From Octopus sinensis (taxonomy: Eukaryota): DNA of 64,000 nt. The notes beneath the pieces are model-generated. The model did not search any database and was not told where the DNA came from. It was given only the letters and a program-made list of their open reading frames with translations. Numbering within the stretch: the stretch's first letter is position 1; each line of letters opens with the position of its first letter. The translations under genes were made by a program, and so were the position numbers. The DNA lies in contig NC_043003.1 in NCBI RefSeq assembly GCF_006345805.1, positions 86,490,001 through 86,554,000 on the forward strand. The letters run 5' to 3'. This document shows positions 39,046 through 51,890 of this stretch, one piece after another.

Positions 39046-39540
39046 TTATTAAAAGTTCAGAAAGAATAGCTGTTTGTGACAGTATTTCATTGTAAATTGG
39101 ATTCTGTGGTTAATGTTGTTTAATTAAGTTTTTAAATTCTAAGAGTTGCTCAAGGTTATTGAAGTCAATAACAATTTCAAGAACAGCAATAGAAAATATT
39201 TCTATAAAGTTCACAAATTTTAACATGTAAAACCTGATATTAAACGGAGCCCTCAGAGAAAAAGTATTGGCACGTGTTTTAGCTGTAAATAAAAATGAAG
39301 TTTGTGAGTAAAGTGTCAGAAGGCAAAAGATAGACATGATTTTGATTTTTGTTTTGTGTATGTGTGTGTGTGTGGGTGTAAGTGTTTGTATGAGAGCGAG
39401 TGCACCAATATATATTAAATTTCACTATAATTCTAAATTCATCACGAATTTGGCTCTTGTGTAAAATGTCTGAGTACTTATCCATTGCTTTGAATTGCTT
39501 ATGATATGTTCTCACTCCTCTGATATAACAAAAATATATA

Positions 39541-39753
39541 CGAGATGGTGCTGAAATGTTCCTGGCCTTAAAATTCTCGCGAAAGGCTTAGCTGAAGGCC
39601 CAACTTTCCCTGATCTTTTACAGTCCTTAGAAAAACTAAATGAACGCTGCAATAAGTGAATGAATCTGAGAGGGTTGTGTTGAATAAATTTATAATTAAC
39701 TGATCTCCTGTATTTTCATTTACACAGAGCCAGGAACTTTCCAAGATCCCCTC
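39541..39753. mobile_element. Mariner-type MITE
   Basis: Homologous to 3222-3418; TA flanks. Confidence 0.65.
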
Positions 39754-39781
39754 ATACACACACACTCGCACACATATATAT

Positions 39782-40007
39782 TCTTTCATTCTTTTACTTG
39801 TTTCAGTCATTTGACTGCGGCCATATTGGAGCACCGCCTTTAGTCGAACAAATTGACCTCAGGACTTATTCTTTGTAAGTCTAGTACTTATTCTATCGGT
39901 ATCTTTTGCCAAAACGCTAATTAACGGGGACGTAAACACACCAACATCGATTGTCAAGCGATAGTGGGGAGACAAACACAAACGTACACACACACACACA
40001 CACACAT

Positions 40008-40087
<80 letters not shown>

Positions 40088-40241
40088 CGGTCTTCTTACA
40101 GTTTCCGTCTAAGAAATCCATTCACAAGGCTTTGGTCGGCCCGAGGCTATAGTAGAAGACACTCACCCAAGGTGCCACGCAGTAGGGCTGAACCCGGAAC
40201 CATGTGGTTGGTAAACAAGCTACTTACCACCCAGCCACGCC
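39782..40241 (-). mobile_element. CORE-like SINE
   Basis: Family motifs and internal (CA)n(TA)n. Confidence 0.85.
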
Positions 40242-40498
40242 TATAAATATATATAATTGTTAATATTTTGAAACACCGACTCTTAGGCAATTAATTTCTT
40301 TTATATGATGTCTATTATTTCGTCAATAAAACTAAGAACATTTCTGTTACGACTACATTAAGGTATTACATTTCTGTTCTAGTTCAAACGCACTTTGTTA
40401 GACACAAATTGTGTTAGCGCTTACAGATTCTATAACTGACAACTTCATTATGTTCCACACTCATTATATTCCATATCGTATTATATTCTACATTTTAA

Positions 40499-40705
40499 AA
40501 GCGGCGATCTAATAGAACTGTTATTGCGGGGAAAATGCCTAGAGACATTTCGTCCGTCTTTATGTTCTGAGTTCAAATTCTGCCGAGGTCGGCATTGCTT
40601 TTCATCTTCCGGAGTTGGTAAAATAAGTGCCAGCGGAACAGTGAGGTCAATGTAAGTGATTTATTGCACCCCTAAAACTGCTGGCCTCGTGCCAAATACG
40701 AAACC
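40499..40705 (+). mobile_element. Meta-like SINE, diverged
   Basis: GAGTTCAAATTCTGCCGAGGTC...GCTGGCCTCGTGCCAAA. Confidence 0.65.
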
Positions 40706-41249
40706 ATTATACTCTTCGATTTTGTATGATGTTTGTGTCAAACGGAGTTTTCATTGTATTTTTTCTTTTTACGTTAATGTAATACCCATGTTACGTTTGT
40801 TTAAAATTTATAAAGCAACTTAGTTAAATGGTTACAGATTATTTAAACAAACTAAAAGTCTAATCAATAGATTTATTCATTACTGATATCAATATGACAT
40901 TTCATACATCTTCTGACGTTCATAAAAAAACATTTTTTCCTCCAAAAGATTAGCTAAAAGTATTGGGTTTTAAGTGATTGTGCTAATATTTCTGTTTTTC
41001 TGAGTATTAAATTTCTAGTCCAATATAATGCTGCACATGACACGAAACAAATATTTTTATGCCTCAACCAGATGTTCACGTTTGCTCCGAAGCAGCTATC
41101 TATTGTAATCCTCCAATATCTTTATAACAAGTTTTGATTTAACCTTTCGCAGGAATATAATCCTTTAAGCTAGTATTTACTAGTGGCCAGGTGGTTCGGT
41201 TGTTGCACTCACAATCGTAATACCATTGTATTCTTGAGTAAAAACATAG

Positions 41250-41550
41250 ATGCAGGTGTGAGTGTGTGGTAAGAAGCCTGCTTCCCAACAACATGGTTTC
41301 GGGGTCAGTCCTACGGCGTAGCACCTTGGTCAAATGCCTTCTTCTATAGTCTCGGGCTCATGAAATCTTTGTGAGTGAATTTGGTAGACGGAAACTGAAA
41401 GAAGCCCGTTGTGTATATATACATATACATGTGTGTGTGTGTGTTTCCCTGTTACCACTTGAAAATCGGTGTTAGTTTTCAGAGACCGATAGAATAAATA
41501 CCAGACTTAGAAAAAAAAGTAGTGGTATCGATTTATTCCACTAAAAAGTT
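41250..41550 (+). mobile_element. CORE-like SINE, diverged
   Basis: GTGTGTGGTAAGAAGC...CACCTTGG..AATTTGGTAGACGGAAACTGAAAGAAGCCC. Confidence 0.7.
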
Positions 41551-41956
41551 CTTCAAGATAATAGACAAAAACACTTCACTTGACATTGCTCCAGTCCACT
41601 CAGCAGCAAAAATATTAGCGCTAATCAGCAGAGCGGTATCATTCGAAGAAGCGCAGTGTAAATTGTGATGTATAACAACAACTGTTAACCTGGTCAATTG
41701 GGGGTACAAGCATTACAAGGCTATCCTTGAAATTGAGATTCGGTCATCTCGTATATATGCTCTCACTAACCCCAGAAAGGGTTTATTCGTAACAAAGTGC
41801 TAAGTATTAGATATAGCACCAGTTTGAAATACACTAGCACATAATTAATTCCGGACCAAATCCAATATCTAGTATCATGTATCCAGTTTTCTTAGAACAT
41901 GAAACAAGTATATAACCTAATTATTTTTCATAGAAAACAGCGAGTAATTATTTGTT

Positions 41957-42049
<93 letters not shown>

Positions 42050-42150
42050 GGATATGACAACTGAAACAATGTAAATATATTTTGAGTTCCATTAATGATG
42101 TGAATATGTTAAAACAGTGGTGGTAGCCTTTATATTTGAAGTCTATGCGG

Positions 42151-42233
42151 TCATCTGACGAGAACGGCTTCTTTTAAGTGGTGTAATGTTTTCATTAATC
42201 TATTAAAGGAGTCGCTTGAAACGGCCGTCATGA
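42151..42233 (+). ncRNA. Type I hammerhead ribozyme with long stem II, in a ~470-bp element (42047-42520) between (TA)n tracts
   Basis: TCAT-CTGACGA-GAACGGCTTCTTT...AAAGGAGTCGCTT-GAAA-CGGCCG-TC-ATGA; palindromic stem III, GUC triplet. Confidence 0.8.
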
Positions 42234-42561
42234 ATTGACACCATCTCTACACCTTCATTACTCATACTTTATTCACCTACATTGGAATCTGCACTTCAGA
42301 AATGCTTTAGAAAATACATTTATATAAAGTACATGACTGAACTACCAAGATAGCATATCTTCACTCAGCTAAGGTGCGTTGTCCGCACACACGGCAGGAA
42401 TATCAGGTGCACACAATCCTGCACAGCGTTTTGATATTCAATTAATATTGTCTGGGTGTACGGATTATTCCGACCTAACAAGGTACCTTAATTTAAGTAC
42501 CTAATTCAACTGAATCTTAATTATATTATAAAATATTATATATATTTCTATATATTATATA

Positions 42562-42616
<55 letters not shown>

Positions 42617-42656
42617 TTATATATATATATATATACCAATATATATTTATATATTA

Positions 42657-42860
42657 AAGTAGCAAGCTGGCTTTGCAAGACGGGAAAAATGCCTGGTGGC
42701 ATTTCGTCTGTCTTAACAGTGTAAGATCAAATACCACCGGTGTCGTCGATTTCACCTTTCGTCTTTTCGGGATCGATAAAATACGTACCAGTCGAACACT
42801 GGCGTCGATGTAATCTACTTACCGTATCTTACAGAACTGCTGACCTTGTGCCAAAATTTG
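42657..42860 (+). mobile_element. Meta-like SINE, diverged
   Basis: CATTTCGTCTGTC..CCTTTCGTCTTTTCGGGATCGATAAAATACGTACCAG...CCTTGTGCCAAAATTTGAA. Confidence 0.65.
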
Positions 42861-43083
42861 AAGCAAATATATATTTATATACATATGTGTGTGTCTCTTT
42901 GTGCGGGTGACCGGGCGTGAGTGTGTGTGTGTGTTACAAGTTTTTTTAGCTGTTTGGATATGTTAAATATTAAAATATTACTCACATACACGTTATTGAT
43001 CAATCCGAGACTAAGGTAGATACCATGAAATTTTACTTACTTATTAGTTTTAATGCATATTAACATACGCTATACATATGCAC

Positions 43084-43151
<68 letters not shown>

Positions 43152-43262
43152 TTAACCGATTGATTACATTTACTCACCAAAATGTACTACGGTGACAAGC
43201 ACACCGGCATCTAACTGTTAAAAGAAGGTGATTAGATAGATAGATAGATAGATAGATAGATA

Positions 43263-43659
43263 TTTTTACTTGTTTCAGTCATTTGACTTCGGCCAATCTG
43301 GCGCACCGCTTTGAAGGATTTTAGTCGAACAAATCGACTCCAGAACTAACGTTTTTAATTCTAGTGCTTATTCCATCGAAATGATTTGCCGAACCACTAG
43401 GTAACGGAGACGTAAACACACCAGCACCGGTCGTCAAGCATTTGAGATGGACAGACACAGAGACAAAGACAAACACAGATACATACATATATATACATTC
43501 AGGGTTCTTTCAGTTTCCGCCTACCAAATCCACTCACAAGTCTTTGGTCAACCCGAGGCTGTAGTAGAAGGTACTTGCCCAAAGTACCGTGCAGTAGGCC
43601 TGAACCCGCAACAATGTCGTTGGGAAACAAGCTTCTTACCACACAGCCACGCCTGCACC
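43263..43659 (-). mobile_element. CORE-like SINE, diverged
   Basis: Family motifs. Confidence 0.75.
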
Positions 43660-44289
43660 TATATATAAGTTAATTTTGAAGCAAAGTTGGAATAATTTGG
43701 TAGTGCCGATTATTAGAAAGCAGGATTAACTGGGCCACCTCTTTCTATATCAGCTGAGTCTGTAACATGAGTACTGAAGCGGGGGAGGGTTTTTTCCTAT
43801 TGAAATACTATTGCTAGAATAGTTAGAATATAGCATTTTGAAGTACAGGAAAATATATAGGAAAGATGTACAAAAAATATACAACGAATCATTGATTAAA
43901 ATATAAAATTTTATATAAACATTTTAAATATAATAATTGAAAAAAAATATTGCTAAAGATTTTAAGATGTTGACTTAAAGATTAGAAGATAAAATATTAT
44001 ATGAAATATAAAAAATAAGTTCTTTTCAAACGGAAAATATAAAGAAGAATGAGAAATACTGATATGCCCAAATTTTGCGAATTGAAAAATTGTTATGAAA
44101 TCAAGAAGAATCGCAGAAGCTACAAAAAAAAAAAAAAACAGATGTGTGGAGACAAAAAGATACGCAGATAAAATTTGAGAAACTAATAAAAGAATGTTTA
44201 GGGATGAACTAGTAGATGCATAATAACGTATAATATTCTACTGGGGTGCGATCCTGTGAATAGGTCTCGAATGTAATCTCGCTATAATG

Positions 44290-44532
44290 TTCCTTCTCGA
44301 ACCATACAGACTCACAGAGCCGGTTTTCCGGGATTTTCATGGCGTATATATGCACTACCTGGACGGACACCGGTCAGTCGCAGGATTACTCATTGTTGCC
44401 AGCTGAGTGGACTGGAGCAATGTGAAATGAAGTGCTTTACTGAAGAACACAACGCGTCTCCCGGTCCAGAAATCGAAACCACAATCGTACGATCATAAGT
44501 CCAACACCTTAGCCACTATGCTATGCGCCTCC
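44290..44532 (-). mobile_element. tRNA-derived SINE, third family (V-domain-like 3' part)
   Basis: Inverse of the 48289-48530 family; GCTATAAT direct repeats on both flanks. Confidence 0.75.
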
Positions 44533-45307
44533 TCTGCTATAATAATATTGGTGGTGACTAAAATCTTAGATTACGTGGGGAGATGTTGTAACTGAACGCC
44601 TCACTCTTGGTATTAAAATAAGTTCCTGGTTTTAGGGCACTCTTTAGTACGAGGTCTCTCTGTGAACTACAATTGTACATCTCTTGCTACCTTTGAATTA
44701 AAGTCTCCCTCTTACTATGATCCTTCAATTGAGTTTCTAGGTTACAACCTCCTCATAATACATAGAAATAGTGTTATTGTTTATTCTATAATGCGTGCTC
44801 AAGATTCTAAAACGTGAAAGGGTAATTACTAAGTCTTGATTTGAATTTTCTGTCATGCTAATATAGAGGTTATTGGTTTGTATTGCAGTGTGGGTTGGTT
44901 GTTCTTACCTCTACCATCACTTCATATTTAATAGCTGTTGTCTTTCAGAATGCATTGAGTTGATAAGAATTTTTGACTCTACAGTGCCAACCCACTGTAC
45001 TGGGCGGTGTAAGGTTACGTGAAAATATTACACGTATTAAGATTAAGTTCACTTAACCCTTTCAGATTTAGGCCCCTGTCTCGAACTTTACTCTCAACAT
45101 GGGCTCTTCTGTAAAAGAAAAAAACAAATAATAAATAGTTGCATATACAGCTCAAGAATAACGATTGCAGGATTGCAGAGAAAGTAAAAGACAGAATCAT
45201 CTGTATCTTTCTTTTACGTGTGTTGTTTATTACCGCTTTACCAGAAATCCAGCAGAGATGACGTGTAAACTATTCCAGCTATAGCGGGAATACGGCGTAA
45301 TTAGGTT

Positions 45308-45368
<61 letters not shown>

Positions 45369-46159
45369 GCGTGTGTGATATTTCTTTATTATTGCTCATT
45401 CAAAAATATACTAGTTTCTGGGCATAAGTGCAAGGCTGACCGTTTCAAGACAAAACATATTTTTGCTCCTATCAGATCTGTGAGACTGGTTCATGCCCCT
45501 GGTGGTCTAGAATTTTTCTAAAATTATGGCTATCCGAAAATTATCTCCCATACCTTTTCTTTCTTTCTTTCTTTCTTTTTCTTTTGTTTGCAATCCTGTT
45601 TATTTATTTTTTTTCATTTAGGGAGTAATTTCATTTGTGAGATTCTGTTTGCCTGCGGAATACATACACAGATGCGCGTGCACGCACAGAGTCAACGTAT
45701 TCACTTTCGTGAAATTTCCTGTCGTCGACGAACTCATCAGGTTCATGTTTATTTAACGTATTATTATTCCGTTTCCGTCCATGAATATAACACTCAGATT
45801 ATAGAACATAATCGCAAATATAACATCTACAATAGTCATAAGATTGATAAACCTCGACAAGAAATTGAAAACATAATTTATTCAAGATATAGCAATTATA
45901 GAATGTATTACATAATATCCCTGAGAAAACATATAGAGACATGTGCATACGCCTACACACGCTCACGTATTTTATTGATTTTGCAGCTTGTCTATTATAT
46001 CGCAGCTATGCCAGCGATACCACTTTCAAAGGTTTCGTCAAGTATATCTGCGCCACTGTTTATCTTACAGTTTGTTACAATATGCATCAGTAATCAACGA
46101 ACCGCTTCATTACAGTACATAAATATCATCTGTAGACAATTCCGAACATCGTGTGTTTG

Positions 46160-46213
<54 letters not shown>

Positions 46214-46249
46214 ATATATATGTATATACCATATGAGTGGATATCATAG

Positions 46250-46857
46250 TGTTTCTTATATCATTATTGCCCACAAGGGGCTAAACATAGAGGGGACAAA
46301 CAAGGACAGACAAACGGATTAAGTCGATTACATCGACCCCAGTGCGTAACTGATACTTAATCTATCGACCCCGAAAGGATGAAAGGAAAATTCGACCTCA
46401 GCGGAATTTGAACTCTGAACGTAACGGCAGACGAAATACCTATTTCTTTACTGCCCACAAGGGGCTACACACAGAGGGGACAAACAAGGACAGACAAACA
46501 GATTAAGTCGATTATATCGACACCAGTGCGTAACTGGTACTTATTTAATCGACCCCGAAAGGATGAGAGGCAAAGTCGACCTCGGCAGAATTTGAACTGA
46601 GGACATAACGGCAGACGAAATACCTATTTTTTTACTACCCACAAGGGCCTAAACTCAGAGACGACAAACAAGGACAGACAAATGGATTAAGTCGATTATA
46701 TTGACCCCAGTGCGTAACCGGTACTTATTTAATCGACCCCGAAAGGATGAAAGGCAAAGTCGACCTCGGTGGAATTTGAACTCACAACGTAACGGCAGAC
46801 GAAATACCACTAAGCATTTCGCCCGGCGTGCTGACGTTTCTGCCAGCTCGACGCCTT
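46250..46857 (-). mobile_element. Meta-like SINE: one head plus three tandem bodies
   Basis: Units of ~183 bp joined at GAAATA-CC-TATTT (46433-46445, 46617-46629). Confidence 0.85.
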
Positions 46858-47373
46858 GAAATTTTAGAATGTATTACATAATATTCCCGAGAAAACTGGC
46901 AGATAAATATCTACATACGTACATATAGAAACATGTGCATACACCTACGCACGCTCACGTATTTCATTGATGTTATAGCTTGTCTATTATTTCGCAGCTA
47001 TGCCAGCGATACCACTTTCAAAGGTTTAGTCAAGTATATCTGCGCCATTGTTTATCTTACAGTTTGTTACAATATGTATCAGTATTTAGTGAACCACTTC
47101 ATTACAGTACATAAATATCATCTGTAGACAATTCCGAATATCGTGTGTATGTTGTATAATTACTAAGTCTCTCTAAAGGAGATTACGGCAGCGTTACTGG
47201 AAATTAATAGTTATCGCCATACTTATATGGCAGTCTTATAAATATAAGACTAAAGCTGTCGCTGATTAGCTCCAAGAGGCCACCGCCTCAAGCTAGCTAT
47301 TTGACACACAACCTGCGTCCATTATAAACCTTCGAACAGGGGAGGTCAGCCGCTTCATCCTGCCAGTCAGACA

Positions 47374-47416
47374 GCTACATACATGTTTCAGGGTATTTGC
47401 CCTTTATCAATGCAGC
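47374..47416 (-). ncRNA. Hammerhead ribozyme, U3-A8 core variant
   Basis: GCTGCA-TTGATAA-AGGG-caaata-CCCT-GAAA-CATG-TA-TGTAGC. Confidence 0.7.
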
Positions 47417-48288
47417 GTAGTCAGACCCAGCAGGTGTCGCTACTGACTGTCTCTGTTCGAATAATCTATTTACCTAGTTTCAGTGGAATACATCCACTTG
47501 TTTTCAATAATAGAAATATTAAAATATGATTGGATATCGTATTGTTTCTTATACAATTATTGCCCACAATGGGTTAAACATAGAGGGGACAAAAAAGGAC
47601 AGACAAAGAGATTACATCAATCCCAGTGCGTAACTAGTGCTTAATCTATCGACCCCGAAAGGATGAAAGCCAAAGTCGACCTCGGCGGAATTTGAACTCA
47701 GAACGTAACGGCAGATGAAATACCTATTTCTTTACTATGGGTACCAAGGCCAAACTATAGAAACTCTTTTTTTTTTCCTGCAAAAGATGACATTTTTTCT
47801 CAATCGTACGTTTGAACTTGAACAGTTAAGAAATTTGCGTAGAATGTTCGACCTCTTAGACCATGAACGTAAAACTCTTTTAGGATGGGATGAAATGTGA
47901 AACCATTGGTTTAGCATTTGTCATTGGTTTACCAAGTTGTTCATTTACAGGGTCACATTATGTTCTCTTACTCCAGTTGCCGTTGCAAAAAAGTAGAGGA
48001 AGATATTTCAGAATAAATCAGTGTCGAGGAAGTGAATGTTTCTGTCAAAAAAGGCAGGCTTCAGCAAACGTATTTTTCGAAGTGAATGTTTGTTGAAACA
48101 ATTTTATCTTGTAAAGAACGTGCGTGCCTGGTTGTTTGTGTGTGTGTGTGTATGTGCATGTGTGGTCGTGCGTGTGTGTAGTGTGTATATGTACGTGCGT
48201 GTGTAGATGTTTCGTGATGTGTGTTGTCAAAACCCTAATTTGAAATCATCGCATGATGCGTCTGCTAGCTCCACTTACCCTATTATGT

Positions 48289-48530
48289 GGAGGCACGTGG
48301 CTTAGTGGTTAGGGTGTCAACATCATGATCGTAAGATTGTGGTTTCGATTCCTGGACCAGGCGACGCGTTGTGTTCTTGAGCAAAACACTTCATTTCACG
48401 TTGCTCCAGTTCATTCAACTGGCAAAAATGAGTAACGCTGCGATGGACTGGCGTCCTGTCCAGCTAGGGAACACATAGGCCATTGAAACCGGGAAACCGG
48501 GCCCATGAGCCTGGCTAGGCTTTAAAAGGG
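48289..48530 (+). mobile_element. tRNA-derived SINE (CORE-like TTGAGCAAAACACTT plus V-like CTGCGATGGACTGGCGTCCTGTCCAG)
   Basis: A-box TGGCTTAGTGG, B-box GGTTTCGATTCC. Confidence 0.8.
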
Positions 48531-48543
48531 GCGTATTTATTAT

Positions 48544-48838
48544 ATGGCCTAGTGGTTAGAGCAGCGGACTCGCGGTCGAGGGATCGCGGTTTCGAATCTC
48601 AGACCGGGCGGTGTGTGCGTTTATGAGTGAAACACCTAAGCTCCACGCGGCTCCGGCAGAAGGTAATGGCGAGCTTCTGCTGACTCTTTTACCACAACTT
48701 TCTCTCACTCTTTCCTCCTGCATCTCGCAGCCCACCTGCGACGGACCGGCGTCTCGTCCAGGTGGGGAACCTATACGCCAAGGAAACCGGTAAATCGGCC
48801 CTAATGAGCCAGGCGTGGCACGAGAAGGAACAAACATT
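48544..48838 (+). mobile_element. tRNA-derived SINE, related family with shared 3' part
   Basis: A-box TGGCCTAGTGG, B-box GGTTTCGAATCT, 3' CTGCGACGGACCGGCGTCTCGTCCAGG..GGAAACCGG..ATGAGCC. Confidence 0.8.
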
Positions 48839-48986
48839 TCAACTTACCCTATTCATCCTTCAGTGCGATTTATATGTCATATTTCCTGGTTATTTTATTG
48901 TTTTTACAAGTGATATGTTGGCAATATTCCTATTTTTGTGAAGTATATCATAACTTGTTGATGTTGTTGCAATATGTGGTAAATTG

Positions 48987-49620
48987 AAGGCGGCGACCTG
49001 GCAGAAACGTTAACACGCCGGGGAAAATGCTTGGCGGCGATATTTCATCTATCTTTACGTTCTGATTTCAAATTCCACCGTTGTCGACTTTGCCTTTCAT
49101 CCTTTCCAGATTGATAAATTAAGTGCCAGTTGTGTACTGGGGTCGATCTAATTGACTGGCTCCTTCTCCAAAAATTTCGGCCCTTGTCCTAGAGTAGAAA
49201 AGAATTTAATAAATTGAAGGCGGCGAGCTGGCAGAGACGTTAGCACGCCGGGCGAAATGCTTAGCGGTATTTCGTCTGCCATTACGTTCTGAGTTCAAAT
49301 TCCGCCGATGTCGACTTTGCCTTTCATCCTTTCGGGGTCGATAAATTAAGTACCGGTTACGCACTGGGGTCGATGTAATCGACTTAGTCGGTTTGTCTGT
49401 CATTATTTGTCCTCTCTGTGTTTAGCCCCTTGTGGGTAGTAAAGAAATAGGTATTTCATCTGCCTTTACGTTCTTCTGAGTTCAAATTCCACCGACGTCG
49501 ACTTTGCCTTTCATCCTTTGGGGGTCGATAAAATAGGTACCAGTTGCATACTGGGGGCGATGTGATCCACTGACCTCCCTCCCCCTAAATTTCGGGCCTT
49601 GCGCCTAGAGTAGAAAAGAA
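48987..49620 (+). mobile_element. Meta-like SINE cluster (monomer; then head+body+body)
   Basis: Heads at 48987 and 49217; junction GAAATAGGTATTTC at 49444-49457. Confidence 0.85.
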
Positions 49621-51485
49621 TATGTAATAAATTGTAATCAAATTCCAATAATTCTATTATGCTCTTTGAACTAATACTTTTTCTCATTTTATATATTTTA
49701 AATGTAGATCTACCTGTTCATTTCTACTTTGGATATTTTTCGTCTTCAACTGTTACAGCATCTGATTTTATCTACTGTTTTCATAAACTTTTATAAAATT
49801 CTTAAAAGTTTCACGTAAAGTAAATCTGATAAGATTTAATCTTTTCAGATAAAGTATATATACTTTAGCAGATCAATACTAATTCTGTATTCCATACAAA
49901 TATATTCATACACTATAACTAGAAGTTCTAGAAATAAAGATATATACGGATATATCAGACAGTTGATGAAAAAAGCTAAATGAGGTACTGTTAACATATT
50001 AGTACTTCCATATGTGCCGGATTCAAAGAATTAAATTACAGATATTTTTTTAGTGTGATTTCTACGTCGGAGATGTATAAAACTATTAAAGAATGTTTTC
50101 GCAATAAAGATGAGCAAAGATATTTGATATCAAAATTGTTATTTATCCCTCGAGTGTTTACTGATTTAGCAAAAGCTTTTATTCGTCATTTAGTCAAAAC
50201 GGAAAAGATATGCACCCATGACCATTTTCAAGAATTCTGAGACGGTGAGGGAAGTAGGATGTTAGCCTGAGATCAGTTACGTTGTCCCAATACTTGCGAC
50301 AGGAAGGACTCCCATAAAAGTGCCTAGGGCGTTAGATGGTGGTGTTAAACTGGACGTCTGATTAACATTAACACTCAATATTTGGTGTTAGTATTAAATT
50401 TAAGAATATCTAAATCTATTTTATTATCTATTTTATTTTTTGTTAATATCGGTGATACTTGAGATTAAAGAAATGAATCGTCAGCAAAAGATTAGATTGT
50501 TAGTGATATGAGAAAAAAGTTTCGAGGATATCATCAAATCTCAGGAGAAATATTAGCTGACCTACTATTGATTTTGTAGTCTTATTTTAGCTCTAGACCA
50601 ACACCTATGGAACAGTTGTGCCCATCCTGTTTTTGTTTAAGATGTAATCTATTCATGACCCTATTATCCAGGAAACATTTTCACTTCTCTGTTTCTATTT
50701 ATTTGAGCAATGCGTAAAGATGAGGTAGAACTGAGTGCTATTTCCTGGAGGTCGAGTAACCACAATCATTCATATTTTCTATGGTAATTTTAATTTTTAA
50801 CTGTTATTTTTTCCATCAGCTGAGATTGGTATGCAGTGTTTCAAGCAAAATTATAACAGACATGTAAAAATCAAAAATATTATTACAATATTTTTTGTTT
50901 AAAAACAGTGAACTAATCTCTTTTTCTCTATATGATTCACTGAACATTGTCTGCTTCTTTACAAATAAACAGTGAATAGACAAAAGTATGAATGGAATAT
51001 TTTCCACTATAAAATTTGAATATTTCAAGAATAACAGTTGTTGATTAATTTATTATTTGATCATATATTTCATTGTAAATTTATTTCGATTTCGTTTTAC
51101 TGGTTTCAGTCATTGAACTGCAGTGGTACTGATTGGTTCTTTCTAGCTTTAAGTGATTAGATTGATATAGTGGTATTTATTATGGTGATCTCTTAAGTAG
51201 ACAAAGGCAAGTCTATGCTGCTGAAAAGGGAGAGAAAACTGAAATAATCTCTCATTTAACGTAACAATGTTTTTCAGCCACCCTACGCTTCGTTGAGCTC
51301 CAGCATAGCTTCCATACACCTAATTTCACTTGGCTGACACGAAGTTATTGTCCAACATAGTTACCCAAAGTATCATGCAGTGAGATTGAACTAGGAAACA
51401 CTTGGGCGGGTAGTAAACTTTCAGAATATACAGCCATCAGTATATGCGCCCATTTGTCTACAATCATCTATATGAAAAAAAATAT

Positions 51486-51890
51486 GCGCAGGAGTGGCTG
51501 TGTGGTAAGTAGCTTGCTAACCAACCACATGGTTCCGGGTTCAGTCCCACTGCGTGGCACCTTGGGCAAGTGTCTTCTGCTATAGCCCCGGGCCGACCAA
51601 TGCCTTGTGAGTGGATTTGGTAGATGGAAACTGAAAGAAGCCTGTCGTATATATGTGTATATGTGTATGTGTGTGTGTTTGTGTGTCTGTTTGTCCCCCT
51701 AGCATTGCTTGACAACCGATGCTGGTGTGTTTACGTCCCCGTAACTTAGCGGTTCGGCAAAAGAGACCGATAGAATAAGTACTGGGCTTACAAAGAATAA
51801 GTCCCAGGGTCGATTTGCTCGAATAAAGGCGGTGCTCCAGCATGGCCGCAGTCAAATGACTGAAACAAATAAAAGAGTAAAAGAGAAAGA
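51486..51890 (+). mobile_element. CORE-like SINE, full length, young
   Basis: Close match to 9773-10183. Confidence 0.9.

Larger units (their letters stand above)
45899..47737 (+). repeat. Old tandem duplication (45899-46860 / 46865-47737)
   Basis: 45899-46156 aligns to 46865-47148, and 46231-46450 aligns to 47524-47737. Confidence 0.85.

Noticed and set aside
45588-46322. 244-aa ORF
   Set aside because: Non-ATG start, runs through a duplicated non-coding block, a (TA)n tract and a SINE; the frame is not preserved in the duplicate.
48544-48615. tRNA gene calls for SINE heads (also 48289, 9773, 26899, 58110)
   Set aside because: They have A/B boxes but no complete acceptor stem or cloverleaf, and they continue into SINE bodies.
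50054-50250. Candidate exon (polypyrimidine-AG, 62 open codons)
   Set aside because: No recognisable homology, an in-frame stop before the GT donor, and no partner exons.
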